DNA of 64,000 nt, taken from positions 303,544 through 367,543 of the forward strand of contig OZ243924.1 in the NCBI GenBank assembly GCA_965213725.1, written 5' to 3'. Source of the stretch: Dehalococcoidia bacterium. GTDB taxonomy: Bacteria; Chloroflexota; Dehalococcoidia; Lucifugimonadales; UBA3495. Positions 9,475 to 17,983 of this stretch are shown here, one piece after another; position 1 is the first letter of the stretch; every line of letters starts with the position of its first letter. The notes under the pieces were generated by a model, which saw only the letters and a list, made by a program, of their open reading frames with translations, searched no databases and was not told the DNA's origin. The position numbers were made by a program, and so were the translations under genes.

Positions 9475-10143
9475 ATGGACTATGAAATTCTTCACAAGCC
9501 ATCCTACGCCCTGGCGCGGGTAAGGCTGAACCAACGGGAGCAGCTTCAGGCCGAGGCCGGTGCCATGGTCAGTATGTCGGACAGCGTAAAGATAGAGACT
9601 AGCACTCGAGGCGGCATATTCGGCGGCCTGCGACGGTCGGTGCTGGGCGGCGAGAGCTTCTTCGTCAACACCTTCACCGCCGAGCAGCCGGGCGAGGTGA
9701 CCATTGCCCCAGCGTTGCCGGGGGACATTGAAGCACTGGAGTTGCGGGGCGAGACGGTAATGGTGCAGTCGGGTTCTTTCCTAGCCGCGACTATGAACAT
9801 CGAGGTGGACTCGCAGTGGGGCGGGGCGCGATCCTTCTTCTCCCGCGAAGGTCTGTTCCTCCTGCGTTGCTCCGGGCGCGGGCTGCTGTTCGTTTCGTCC
9901 TATGGCGCAATCCACCGCATTGACCTAGCCCAGGGCGAGCGCTACAACGTGGACAACGGCCACATGGTCGCCTTTGACGAGTCGGTCAGGTATGAAGTGG
10001 GCCGCTCCGGCGGGTGGAAGACCACGCTGCTGGGCGGTGAGGGTCTGGTCTGCAAACTGGAAGGCCCCGGCCGCTTCTTCATGCAAACCCGCAGCGAAGA
10101 CGCCTTCATAGGCTGGCTGGCGCCGAAGGTGGGCAACAAGTAG
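9475..10143 (+). CDS. AIM24 / TIGR00266-family protein
   Basis: 222 aa. MDYEILHKPSYALARVRL...EAGAMVSMS...GGESFFVNTF...GSFLA matches the AIM24 (DUF124) family. Confidence 0.8.
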   Translation: MDYEILHKPSYALARVRLNQREQLQAEAGAMVSMSDSVKIETSTRGGIFGGLRRSVLGGESFFVNTFTAEQPGEVTIAPALPGDIEALELRGETVMVQSGSFLAATMNIEVDSQWGGARSFFSREGLFLLRCSGRGLLFVSSYGAIHRIDLAQGERYNVDNGHMVAFDESVRYEVGRSGGWKTTLLGGEGLVCKLEGPGRFFMQTRSEDAFIGWLAPKVGNK

Positions 10144-10157
10144 GCGCCGAACCTGGG

Positions 10158-10183
10158 CGGGCGGCATTGAACCGCCCGTTTCT
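10158..10183 (+). terminator. intrinsic terminator between convergent AIM24 and puuE-like genes
   Basis: cgggcgg-cattgaa-ccgcccg forms a 7-bp GC stem with a 7-nt loop and is followed by tttct. It lies in the 38-nt gap between the two convergent stop codons. Confidence 0.55.
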
Positions 10184-11075
10184 ACTGCGGCGGGTAGTTC
10201 TCTCTCCACCAGCGGGCGATGTCCAAGCGGCGGGCAAACCAGACGCCCTCCTTTTGGGAGGCGTACTTCAGGAACTGATCCAGCCCGGCGGCCCGGCCCG
10301 GTTTGCCGATAATGCGGCAGTGGAGCCCCACCGACATCATCTTGGGGTGGGTGGCCCCCTCTTCGTACAGCGTGTCGAAAGAAGCCTTGGCTACCTGGAA
10401 GAAATGCTCGGGGGTGAGCAGGTCTCCCCGCCAATACTTGTAGTCATTCACCTCCAGAGAATACGGAACCACCAGCCACGGCTTGCCATCCACCTGAGCG
10501 TAGTAGGGAAGGTCGTCGTTGTAGGAATTACAGTCATACTCGAAGCCGCCTTCCTCCACCACCAGATCGCGCGTGTTGACGCTGGGGCCGTAGCGGGTGT
10601 ACCAGCCCAGGGGCCGCTGGCCGCAAATACGGGTGATGGACTCCACCGCTTTTCGGATGGCCTCCCGCTCAGCGTCGCGGTCCATCTTGTAATACTCTTC
10701 CCAGCGGTGGCCGTGGCCCATCACTTCGTGTCCCCGGCGAATGGCCTCCGGCCCCACCTCCGGGTTGCGCTCCAAGGCCAGAGCGCAGGCGTAGAAGGTG
10801 CCCTTGACGTTATTGCGGGCCAGGATATCCATGATGCGCCATACACCCACCCGGCTGCCGTACTCGAAGAAAGACTCGTTAGCCAGATCCCGCTCGCCGT
10901 GGGGTATGGGAGAGGGCGACTCCCCGGAAGTTTCGCCGCCTGGGTCGCCGTCCAGTATCGAGTATTCGGAGCCTTCCTCGTAGTTCACCACCACCGAGAC
11001 GGCAATCCTGGCTCCGCCGGGCCACCGAACTGAGGGCGGATTGGCGCCATATCCCACAAAGTCGCGTTCCTGCAT
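10182..11075 (-). CDS. puuE: polysaccharide-deacetylase-family allantoinase (PuuE-like)
   Basis: 297 aa. MQERDFVGYGANPPSVRWPGGARIAVSVVVNYEEGSE...LDGD is the characteristic PuuE N-terminus. HGHRWE and the rest fit the NodB-fold family. Confidence 0.75.
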   Translation of the reverse strand: MQERDFVGYGANPPSVRWPGGARIAVSVVVNYEEGSEYSILDGDPGGETSGESPSPIPHGERDLANESFFEYGSRVGVWRIMDILARNNVKGTFYACALALERNPEVGPEAIRRGHEVMGHGHRWEEYYKMDRDAEREAIRKAVESITRICGQRPLGWYTRYGPSVNTRDLVVEEGGFEYDCNSYNDDLPYYAQVDGKPWLVVPYSLEVNDYKYWRGDLLTPEHFFQVAKASFDTLYEEGATHPKMMSVGLHCRIIGKPGRAAGLDQFLKYASQKEGVWFARRLDIARWWRENYPPQ

Positions 11076-11106
11076 CGCGCTTCTCCCTTTCGGTATAATT
11101 TTCCAT

Positions 11107-11148
11107 CAATATCAAGGGCAATTGGGGCAATATCAAAGGCGATTGGGG
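11107..11148. repeat. tandem 21-bp direct repeat (19/21 identical)
   Basis: caatatcaagggcaattgggg (11107-11127) is immediately followed by caatatcaaaggcgattgggg (11128-11148). It lies in the 157-nt spacer between the puuE-like start and the 3' end of tRNA-Gln. Confidence 0.9.
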
Positions 11149-11232
11149 CGGCAAAGAGGGGGCGCTCCGGCGCCAACCGGGGGACGGCATCGTTCGGTGG
11201 GCCGGGCTTCCGGCTCCGGCGCATACAAGCAT

Positions 11233-11306
11233 TGGCTGCCCCGCCTGGGCTCGAACCAGGGATTCCAGCTCCAAAGGCTGGCGTGCTACCGCTACACCAC
11301 GGGGCA
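11233..11306 (-). tRNA. tRNA-Gln (anticodon UUG), CCA encoded
   Basis: The reverse complement folds as a cloverleaf:
- Acceptor stem UGCCCCG/CGGGGCA.
- D arm GUGU-AGCGGUA-GCAC.
- Anticodon stem CCAGC/GCUGG with loop CUUUGGA (anticodon UUG).
- T arm CCUGG-UUCGAGC-CCAGG.
- Discriminator G, then CCA.
The U1-A72 pair is typical of bacterial tRNA-Gln. Confidence 0.9.
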
Positions 11307-11401
11307 TCGGGAGTTCCTGTATTCCATTGTGATTGCCTGCGCAGCAACCGTCAAGGGGCGGACTGGAAACGGCCTTCGGAGAGGGAATACTTGGGCGCTG
11401 G

Positions 11402-11410
11402 TGGTATAAT
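11402..11410 (+). promoter_or_regulatory. putative extended -10 promoter (TGgTATAAT)
   Basis: TG-n-TATAAT lies 34 nt upstream of the GTG start of the CN-hydrolase gene. I could not find a convincing -35 element. Confidence 0.4.
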
Positions 11411-11444
11411 TACGGCAGACTCATCATCGGTCGGGGAGGATTGC

Positions 11445-12209
11445 GTGCGCATTGCCCTGTTGCACATCGCGCCGGTCACCGGGGACATCGAGCATAACCG
11501 TCGGCTGGTAGAGCGAGGCGTGACGGTCGCCGCAGAAGCGGGGGCGCAGTGGGCGATTACGCCGGAACTGTGCATCCCAGGCTATCTGTTCCTCAAGACC
11601 CTCGGCACCGGCTGGATTCAACCCCAGCCCGACCAGTGGATGACGGATTTCTGCGGCATCGCGCGGCAATGCCGCATCACCGTGTTCCTGTCGCACCCGG
11701 AACTGGACCCGGCCGCCGGGCGAATGTACAACACCGTCTTCGTAATCAATTCCGGCGGACAGATAACCGGAAGGCACCGCAAGATTAAGGCCCTAGGCGG
11801 GGCCGAGGCTTGGTCAACCGCCGGCTGGAAAATCAGCCCCTTCGATTGCGACGGGATACAGGCCGGGGTGCTCATCTGCGCCGACGCCTACAAGAACGAT
11901 GTGGCCGAGGTGCTGGTGAGCAAGGGAGCCCAGGTGCTGGTGTCCCCCGTCTCGTGGGGGCCGGGAGGCTGCGGCCCGGACGGGGAATGGGAGGCCCGCT
12001 CCGCCCAGACCGGCCTGCCCATCATAGTCTGCAACCGCACGGGAAGCGAGCCGGAGGAATTGGACTACTACCAAGCCGAGAGCGTGGTAGCCCAACATGG
12101 CCGCCGGTTGCTGGAGGCCAGTTCAGACCGCTCGGTGGTGCTAACCTTCGACTGGGATATGGACACGATGACGCTATTATCTGACGATTTCCAGCGCATT
12201 TATCTGTAA
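11445..12209 (+). CDS. carbon-nitrogen hydrolase (nitrilase-superfamily amidase)
   Basis: The track ORF 11232..12209 overlaps the tRNA. The conserved sequence starts at GTG 11445 (VRIALLHIAP...), with GGAGGA at 11435-11440. The Glu-Lys-Cys triad context is ITPELCIPGY, HRKIKAL and VLICADAY. Confidence 0.8.
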   Translation: MRIALLHIAPVTGDIEHNRRLVERGVTVAAEAGAQWAITPELCIPGYLFLKTLGTGWIQPQPDQWMTDFCGIARQCRITVFLSHPELDPAAGRMYNTVFVINSGGQITGRHRKIKALGGAEAWSTAGWKISPFDCDGIQAGVLICADAYKNDVAEVLVSKGAQVLVSPVSWGPGGCGPDGEWEARSAQTGLPIIVCNRTGSEPEELDYYQAESVVAQHGRRLLEASSDRSVVLTFDWDMDTMTLLSDDFQRIYL

Positions 12210-12251
12210 CGCCAAGGGCAAGACGCCCCAACCCTCGCCAGAGGATGGGGG

Positions 12252-12662
12252 CTATTTATAGTCATCCAGAAAGCGCCGCAGTATCAGCACTGCGGCGGCT
12301 TCGTCCACGGCTCCCCGGTGGCGTGATGGCTCCATCCCGGCATCCCGCAGCAGTCCCTCCGCCTCTATGCTGGTGAACGACTCATCAACAACGTATATGG
12401 GCCGGGATGTTCCTTTCCGCAAGGCGCGTATGAAACCGCGAACCTGCTTCGTTTGCGGACTCTCATCGCCGCCGGGAAGATATGGAACGCCGACCACGAT
12501 GGCATCGGCCTGCCGTTGCCGGGCCGCCTCCAGCACCGCCTGAACGTCAAGGGCCAGCCGCCTGCGCCGCAGAAACCCGGCCGGCAAAGCCGTGCCCAAC
12601 CCGGCAACACCGGAGGCCAAGCCAATGCGCCGTTCCCCAACATCGAGAGCCAGCAGTTTCAT
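12252..12662 (-). CDS. ruvX: Holliday-junction resolvase-like / pre-16S rRNA nuclease RuvX (YqgF)
   Basis: 136 aa. MKLLALDVGERRIGLA... is the RuvX N-terminus. It has the conserved position directly downstream of alaS. Confidence 0.9.
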   Translation of the reverse strand: MKLLALDVGERRIGLASGVAGLGTALPAGFLRRRRLALDVQAVLEAARQRQADAIVVGVPYLPGGDESPQTKQVRGFIRALRKGTSRPIYVVDESFTSIEAEGLLRDAGMEPSRHRGAVDEAAAVLILRRFLDDYK

Positions 12663-12760
12663 CGGAATTCAGCCGCAACGGATTCCCGCCTGCGCCGGGA
12701 TAGCAGGATGACGCAGGAATACCGGCGATGGATCGGGAGGGCCCTGCTGTTCGGCATTAT

Positions 12761-15631
12761 TCAGGACAACGCCGCCTGCACCAAGCCGGGAACGGCGGCT
12801 AGGGCGTCGTTCAGCTTGCCGGGCTGGCGGCCGCCGGCTTGGGCCATCTCCGGCCGCCCGCCGCCGCCGCCGCCCATCAGCTTGGCGGCATCTCGGGCGA
12901 TGTTCCCGGCGTTCAGGCCCCGCTCCACCAGGTCCGGCGTCACCATCGTGACCAGTATGGGGCTGCCCTCGGACAGGGCGCCCAAAGTTACTACGCAACT
13001 GGACAGCTTATCCCGGAGAAAGTCGCTCATCTCGCGCATAGCGTCGGCGTTGTTCGCCGAGGTGCGCCCGGATACTACCCGCACGCCGTTCACGTCGGCC
13101 ACCTGCTGCAACAGCGACTCGGCTTCGGCCCGCAGCAGGGCGCGCTCCACTCCCGACAGCCGACGGCGCAAGTCGCCGGTTTCCTGCATATAGCTGTCGA
13201 GGCGGGACTCCAGGCCGGACACCGGGGTTTGCAGGCGTTGCGCCAAGGCATCCAGCAAGGCCGACTGCTCCACGAACAGGGCTTCGGCGGCGCGTCCGGT
13301 AAGGGCTTCGATGCGCCGCATTCCGCCGCCGATGCCCGATTCGCCCAGCACCAGCAGGGTTCCCACCTGCCCGGTGGCAGCGACGTGAGTGCCGCCGCAA
13401 ACCTCCATGCTGAACGGGCCATCCGCCGGGTCACCGGCCATAGTGACCACCCGCACCACGTCGCCGTAGCGGTCGCCGAAGAAGGCCAGCGCCCCCTGCC
13501 GCACGGCGTCGGCGTAGCTGGTCTCTTGGGCCGACACCAGCAGGTTGGCCCGCACCTTTTCGTTGGCGAGGGACTGCACCGCCAGCAGTTCGTCGCTGCT
13601 GAGCCGTCCGACGTGGCTGAAGTCGAAGCGCAGCCGCTCCGGGGCCACCAGCGAACCGGCTTGGCGCACGTGCGGCCCCAGGGTCGCCCGCAGCGCGGCG
13701 TGCAGGATGTGGGTGCCGCTGTGGTTGCGCGACGAATCCAGCCGCCGCGCCGCATCCACGGCGCAGGCCACCGGGTCGCCCACGGCAATGCGGCCTTCTT
13801 CCACCACGCCCTTCTGCACGATGATCCCGGCCACCGGCGATTGGGTGTCCTCCACCCGGAACGTTCCGTTAGGGCCGCGGATGCGGCCGCGGTCGCCCAA
13901 CTGCCCGCCGCCCTCGGCATAGAAGGGCGTGCGGCTGATGACCGCCTCGGCCTGCTGTCCCTGAACCGCGTGGCCTGCCGGGGCGCCGTCCACCAGCAGG
14001 GCGGCCACCACCGATTCCTGCTCGGTATGGATATGGCCGGTGAACTCGGTGTGGCCCGCGCCCAAGTTTTCATAGGCGGTCAGCATCTCCATGCTGCCCT
14101 CGAACCGCTGACCGGCGCGCGACTGCTCCCGCTGAGCATTCATGGCTCTCTCGAAATCGTCCCAATTCAGACCATTGAGTCCATGCTCCTTGGCAATTTC
14201 CTCAGTAAGCTCGGGAGGGACGCCATAAGTATCCCAAAGCAAGAAAGCATCATCACCCCATATCTGATTAGCCAGTTCAGTCGCTTCTTCTGCTGTCGCA
14301 GCAGCATTCATTACCGATATGCGCCGCGTCCACGATTCAACAAATGCAGGAATGGAAGGCGCCAAACTTGGCACTTCATCAGAAAGGGGAGCATCCGATT
14401 TTTGCCGGGCATTCTCCACAAGCTGTTTTTGTATGGGGATGATATGCTCTTCCAAAAGCGGCAGACCCGTTTCGATGGCTCTACCGAACCGTTCCTCCTC
14501 CAGATTCACCACCCGCAGGATGAAATCGCGGTTCTGCGAAAGCTCTCCGTACACCGCCTGAAACCTGGGTATCACCACCTCCTCCACCTCGCCGAGGAAG
14601 GGGCCGGTCAGTCCTAGGCGGCGGCCGTAGCGGATGGCGCGGCGGATGACGCGGCGCAGCACGTAGCCCCGGCCCTCGTTGCTGGGAACCACGCCGTCGC
14701 CAATGAGGAAGGCGGCGGCGCGGGCGTGTTCCGCCACCACGCGCATGGCGAAGTCGGTATCGGCGTCGGCCCCGTACTCGCGCCCGGTAAGCGCCGACAC
14801 CCTGGCGATGATGGGGGTGAAAAGGTCGGTTTCGTAGATGTTGTTCTTGCCCTGCAATATCACCGCGGCCCGCTCCAGGCCCATGCCGGTATCCACGCTG
14901 GGGGCGGGCAGGGGGGTGCGGTTGCGCTCCGGATCCTGGTAATACTGCATGAATACCAGGTTCCACAACTCCACGAAACGCTCGCAGTCGCAATTGGGGT
15001 GGCAGCCGTCCACTTCGCTTGGCGGCGCGCCGTCGCGCTCCTGCCGCAGTTGGGCCGTGAGAACGTCAACGCCCGCCATCCGCCCGCCGTGGCAGCCCTT
15101 CTCAACGCCGCCGTCGTAGTGGATTTCGGAGCAGGGGCCGGTGGGGCCTTCGGTTCCCGCCGGGCCCCACCAGTTGTCCTTGTCGCCATAGCGGTAGATG
15201 CGCTCGGCGGGAACGCCAACCTGGTCGCGCCAGATGGCGAACGCCTCTTCGTCGTCCAAGTGAATGGTTACGTAAAGCCGGTCAGGGGATAGCCCGAATA
15301 GCTGCGTGACCAGTTCCCAAGCGAACCCGACGGCCCCTTCCTTGAAGTAGTCGCCGATGCTGAAATTGCCCAGCATCTCGAAGAAGGTCAGGTGTTTGTG
15401 GTCGCCCACCTCGTCAATGTCGGTGGTGCGGAAGCTCTTCTGGCTGCTGGTGAGGCGGCGCGAGGGCGGCGTCTGCTCCCCCATGAAGAAGGGCTTGAAA
15501 GGCACCATCCCGGCGCTGGTGAACAGCAGGGTAGGGTCTCCCGCAGGAATCAGCGAGGCTGAGGGCATAGGCTGATGCCCCTTGCTCTCGAAGAATTTAA
15601 TGAAGGAATCCCGAATCTGGTCGCCGTTCAT
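12761..15631 (-). CDS. alaS: alanine--tRNA ligase
   Basis: The track ORF runs to 15748. The conserved N-terminus MNGDQIRDSFIKFFESKGH starts at ATG 15631, giving 956 aa. Class II motifs, the editing-domain HSGTHILH and the C-terminal GGGGGRPEMAQAGG (DHHA1) are present. It is longer than typical AlaS because of an insert (see findings). Confidence 0.95.
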   Translation of the reverse strand: MNGDQIRDSFIKFFESKGHQPMPSASLIPAGDPTLLFTSAGMVPFKPFFMGEQTPPSRRLTSSQKSFRTTDIDEVGDHKHLTFFEMLGNFSIGDYFKEGAVGFAWELVTQLFGLSPDRLYVTIHLDDEEAFAIWRDQVGVPAERIYRYGDKDNWWGPAGTEGPTGPCSEIHYDGGVEKGCHGGRMAGVDVLTAQLRQERDGAPPSEVDGCHPNCDCERFVELWNLVFMQYYQDPERNRTPLPAPSVDTGMGLERAAVILQGKNNIYETDLFTPIIARVSALTGREYGADADTDFAMRVVAEHARAAAFLIGDGVVPSNEGRGYVLRRVIRRAIRYGRRLGLTGPFLGEVEEVVIPRFQAVYGELSQNRDFILRVVNLEEERFGRAIETGLPLLEEHIIPIQKQLVENARQKSDAPLSDEVPSLAPSIPAFVESWTRRISVMNAAATAEEATELANQIWGDDAFLLWDTYGVPPELTEEIAKEHGLNGLNWDDFERAMNAQREQSRAGQRFEGSMEMLTAYENLGAGHTEFTGHIHTEQESVVAALLVDGAPAGHAVQGQQAEAVISRTPFYAEGGGQLGDRGRIRGPNGTFRVEDTQSPVAGIIVQKGVVEEGRIAVGDPVACAVDAARRLDSSRNHSGTHILHAALRATLGPHVRQAGSLVAPERLRFDFSHVGRLSSDELLAVQSLANEKVRANLLVSAQETSYADAVRQGALAFFGDRYGDVVRVVTMAGDPADGPFSMEVCGGTHVAATGQVGTLLVLGESGIGGGMRRIEALTGRAAEALFVEQSALLDALAQRLQTPVSGLESRLDSYMQETGDLRRRLSGVERALLRAEAESLLQQVADVNGVRVVSGRTSANNADAMREMSDFLRDKLSSCVVTLGALSEGSPILVTMVTPDLVERGLNAGNIARDAAKLMGGGGGGRPEMAQAGGRQPGKLNDALAAVPGLVQAALS

Positions 15632-15661
15632 CAGCCTCAACCCTAGCTTAAAATTGCGGCA

Positions 15662-15690
15662 ATTGTATATGGGGGGAAAGAACAGGTCAA
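15662..15690 (-). promoter_or_regulatory. putative sigma70-type promoter of alaS (TTGACC-17 nt-TACAAT)
   Basis: The minus strand reads TTGACC tgttctttccccccata TACAAT. The -10 element ends 30 nt upstream of the alaS ATG. Confidence 0.5.
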
Positions 15691-15871
15691 CGAATTTCGC
15701 TCCGCTCTGACCCTGCGCCACAGGCGGGCTGGCCGGAGGCGCAGGCAACGTCTAAGGGAACGGCCGCCAACAGGATGATACCCGCCGGTATAAGGCTAAA
15801 TCTATGCAAAGGAGTTCTATGTTTCGTAAGTCGCCAGCCATACAATGCCGCCAACCTGAACCGCGGGCGGC

Positions 15872-15901
15872 TTGAAAATTGCAGCCGGAAGTGCGTACAA
15901 T
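15872..15901 (+). promoter_or_regulatory. putative sigma70-type promoter (TTGAAA-18 nt-TACAAT)
   Basis: Near-consensus hexamers lie 80 nt upstream of the SWIM-protein ATG, which has SD AAGGAGG at 15970-15976. Confidence 0.45.
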
Positions 15902-15981
15902 TTAAGGTGGCTGGCTGGCGGCAACCAGTATTGCCGCCGCCGCCGGACGGACAGGCTCACCGGCCAGAGTAAGGAGGTGCG

Positions 15982-16245
15982 ATGAATTCCAGCATCATCG
16001 GCAAGATTGACAAGGCGAGGAAATACGCCGAGGAAAAAGAGCGGGTTAGCATCAACAGCTTTTCGGCGACCTTCCAGGGCAACCACAACAGCTACGACGT
16101 AACTTTCAACGCCGGGGACTGGGGCTGTGAGTGCCACTTCTTCGCCACCCGAGCCGTGTGCAGCCACACCATGGCGCTGCAAAGGATGCTGGACGACGTG
16201 CTGGCCTCTAACGCCGGGCAACCGGAAGCGGCGGAGACGCAGTAA
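15982..16245 (+). CDS. small SWIM-type zinc-finger protein
   Basis: 87 aa. CECHFFATRAVCSHTMAL fits the SWIM C-x-C-x(n)-C-x-H pattern. It has a strong SD, its own promoter-like element and a terminator. Confidence 0.7.
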   Translation: MNSSIIGKIDKARKYAEEKERVSINSFSATFQGNHNSYDVTFNAGDWGCECHFFATRAVCSHTMALQRMLDDVLASNAGQPEAAETQ

Positions 16246-16276
16246 ACCGCGCCGAATTTCCTTGGATTCCCGCGCC

Positions 16277-16304
16277 GGGCCGCGAATATCGTCGCGGCCC
16301 TTTT
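16277..16304 (+). terminator. rho-independent terminator after the SWIM gene
   Basis: gggccgcga-atatcg-tcgcggccc forms a perfect 9-bp GC-rich stem and is followed by tttt. It starts 32 nt after the stop codon. Confidence 0.75.
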
Positions 16305-16568
16305 ACTTTCCAGGCCGGGATGCCTGACTACCGGGCGTTGGCAGCGCAAGGCGGGCCGCCGGAATTATCGCGCCTCGCGGAAATGCCGGGCCTTTCCAAA
16401 GCCGTTGTTATCCGATTTCGGGGGATGTCGGAATGACTTCGGAAGGCTCCGGATTCAGACAAAGACCGGATGCTCTTTGCCCTGCTATTATGTTACCTTC
16501 GCTGATACCCCGACGGGGATGAGAAACGCTATAGGCGTATCCGGGAACTCGACACGAAAGGGGGCAGT

Positions 16569-17621
16569 ATGAAAGTTGTAGCAGTGTTATATCCGGGCGG
16601 GACGGCGGCAGCGGAAACGCCGGAACTGCTGGGGTGCGCCGAGAACGCCCTGGGCCTGCGGGAATGGCTGGAAGGGGCGGGCCACGAGCTGGTGGCGCTG
16701 ACTGACGCCGACGCCGGGCTGGACAGCCACTTGCCCACCGCAGATGTGATCATCGCCACTCCCTTCTGGCCGGCCTACATCGGCCGGGAGCGCATTGAGG
16801 CGGCTCCCAGCCTCAAGCTGCTGCTCACCGCCGGGGTGGGATCCGACCACTTCGATCTGGCCGCCGCCGCCGAGCGCAACATCACCGTGGCGGAAATCAC
16901 CGGCAGCAACGTGGTCAGCGTGGCCGAACACGTGGTGATGCAGATTCTGACGCTGGTGCGCAACTATATGCCCGCCTATCAGGAAGTGCTGGAAGGCGGT
17001 TGGGACATCGGCAAGGTGGCGGCCCGATCCCATGACCTGGAAGATAAGCGGGTGGGCATCGTGGGCTTCGGGCGCATCGGCCAGCGGGTAGCGGCGCGGC
17101 TCAAACCCTTTGACGTGCAGACGCGCTATTTCGACTACCGCCGCCTGCCCCTGACGGAGGAGACCGTGCTGGGGGCGCGGTTTCAGGGCCTGCGGGCGCT
17201 GGTGGCAGAGAGCGACGTAGTCAGCATCAATATCCCGCTGACGCCGACAACCCAAGGGATGTTCGACCGCGAACTGCTGTACAGCATGAAGCCGGGGGCC
17301 TATCTGGTGAACACCGCACGGGGCCGCATCGTGGATACCGACGCGCTGGTGGAAGTGATGGAAGCGGGGCATCTGGCGGGCTACGCCGGCGACGTATGGT
17401 ATCCCCAGCCCGCGCCCGCCAACCACCCGTGGCGGCGGATGCCCAACCACGCCATGACTCCCCACGTGTCGGGAACCACCCTGGAGGCCCAGCGGCGCTA
17501 CGCCGACGGCATTCGCGGGTGCCTGACCGCTTTCTTTGCCGGCGACCCCATAGACCGCGACTACATCATCGTTGACGGCGGCCGGGTTTCCAGCCCCAGC
17601 TACAGCCCGGCTTATCAGTAA
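16569..17621 (+). CDS. fdh: NAD-dependent formate dehydrogenase (D-2-hydroxyacid dehydrogenase superfamily)
   Basis: 350 aa. The sequence is close to Pseudomonas sp. 101-type FDH as recalled: FWPAYIGRERIE...LLLTAGVGSDHFDL...NITVAEITGSNVVSVAEHVVMQILTLVRNY...GYAGDVWYPQPAPANHPWRRMP...MTPHVSGTTL. There is no in-frame TGA. Confidence 0.85.
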   Translation: MKVVAVLYPGGTAAAETPELLGCAENALGLREWLEGAGHELVALTDADAGLDSHLPTADVIIATPFWPAYIGRERIEAAPSLKLLLTAGVGSDHFDLAAAAERNITVAEITGSNVVSVAEHVVMQILTLVRNYMPAYQEVLEGGWDIGKVAARSHDLEDKRVGIVGFGRIGQRVAARLKPFDVQTRYFDYRRLPLTEETVLGARFQGLRALVAESDVVSINIPLTPTTQGMFDRELLYSMKPGAYLVNTARGRIVDTDALVEVMEAGHLAGYAGDVWYPQPAPANHPWRRMPNHAMTPHVSGTTLEAQRRYADGIRGCLTAFFAGDPIDRDYIIVDGGRVSSPSYSPAYQ

Positions 17622-17686
17622 CCGGGGATGATGGAAGAGCAGTGGGCAACGAGAAGCCTCTCATTCCTCGCTGCTGACTTTCTCCC

Positions 17687-17983
17687 CTACCCCGGGAGGG
17701 CCTGGGCCAGTTGGGTCAGGACGGAGCGGGGGCTGTTAACGGACAGCACCAGAATGTCGGCGTCTCGGTTGCGGGCCTCGGTAGCGACATAGCGCCGGTC
17801 GGTCTCGGTCACGCCGCCGCCGATGAGCAGCGCGTCATAGGGTGACGAGCCAATCATGTCAATAGCCACCCCGTCGTTGGTAGTGCTGGCTACAATGTAG
17901 CCGGCGCCCTCCAAAATCCGGGTAAGCCGGTCAATGCCCGCATTCTCCCGCCCCAGGATGACTATGCGTTTGTTGCCGCTCAT
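17687..17983 (-). CDS. hypothetical small protein (flavodoxin/CheY-like fold suspected)
   Basis: The track ORF runs to 18136. A plausible start is ATG 17983 (MSGNKRIVILGRENAGIDRLTRILEGAGYIV...), giving 98 aa. It shows an alternating beta-alpha pattern but no canonical receiver DD..D..K residues that I can identify. Confidence 0.4.
   Translation of the reverse strand: MSGNKRIVILGRENAGIDRLTRILEGAGYIVASTTNDGVAIDMIGSSPYDALLIGGGVTETDRRYVATEARNRDADILVLSVNSPRSVLTQLAQALPG

Noticed and set aside
11232-11444. An N-terminal extension of the CN-hydrolase ORF (track start 11232).
   Set aside because: The extension runs antisense through the tRNA-Gln gene. Conserved protein sequence and a GGAGGA SD begin only at GTG 11445.
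14150-14460. Considered an intein or mobile insertion in alaS.
   Set aside because: The insert is only about 45 residues. It has no Cys/Ser...His-Asn splice junctions and no endonuclease motifs.
12839-14617. A 592-aa ORF antisense to alaS, plus several others in the same region.
   Set aside because: It is antisense to a gene with unmistakable AlaS motifs. Its composition is His/Arg/Gly/Ala-rich and it has no start context.
15632-15760. Looked for a T-box or other leader upstream of alaS.
   Set aside because: The promoter-like element leaves a leader of only about 25 nt. No specifier/T-box sequence is present.
16305-16568. Considered whether the long (~260 nt) region between the SWIM terminator and fdh holds a riboswitch or sRNA. 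Small hairpins are present, for example ccccgacgggg and acgctataggcgt.
   Set aside because: No motif matches any riboswitch class I can recall. The hairpins are short and could arise by chance in GC-rich DNA.
16569-17621. Considered whether the formate dehydrogenase is a selenoenzyme, which would bear on the Sec hypothesis.
   Set aside because: It is the NAD-dependent D-2-hydroxyacid-dehydrogenase-type FDH with an uninterrupted ORF. It is not the Mo/W-bisPGD Sec-containing type, so it says nothing about Sec machinery.
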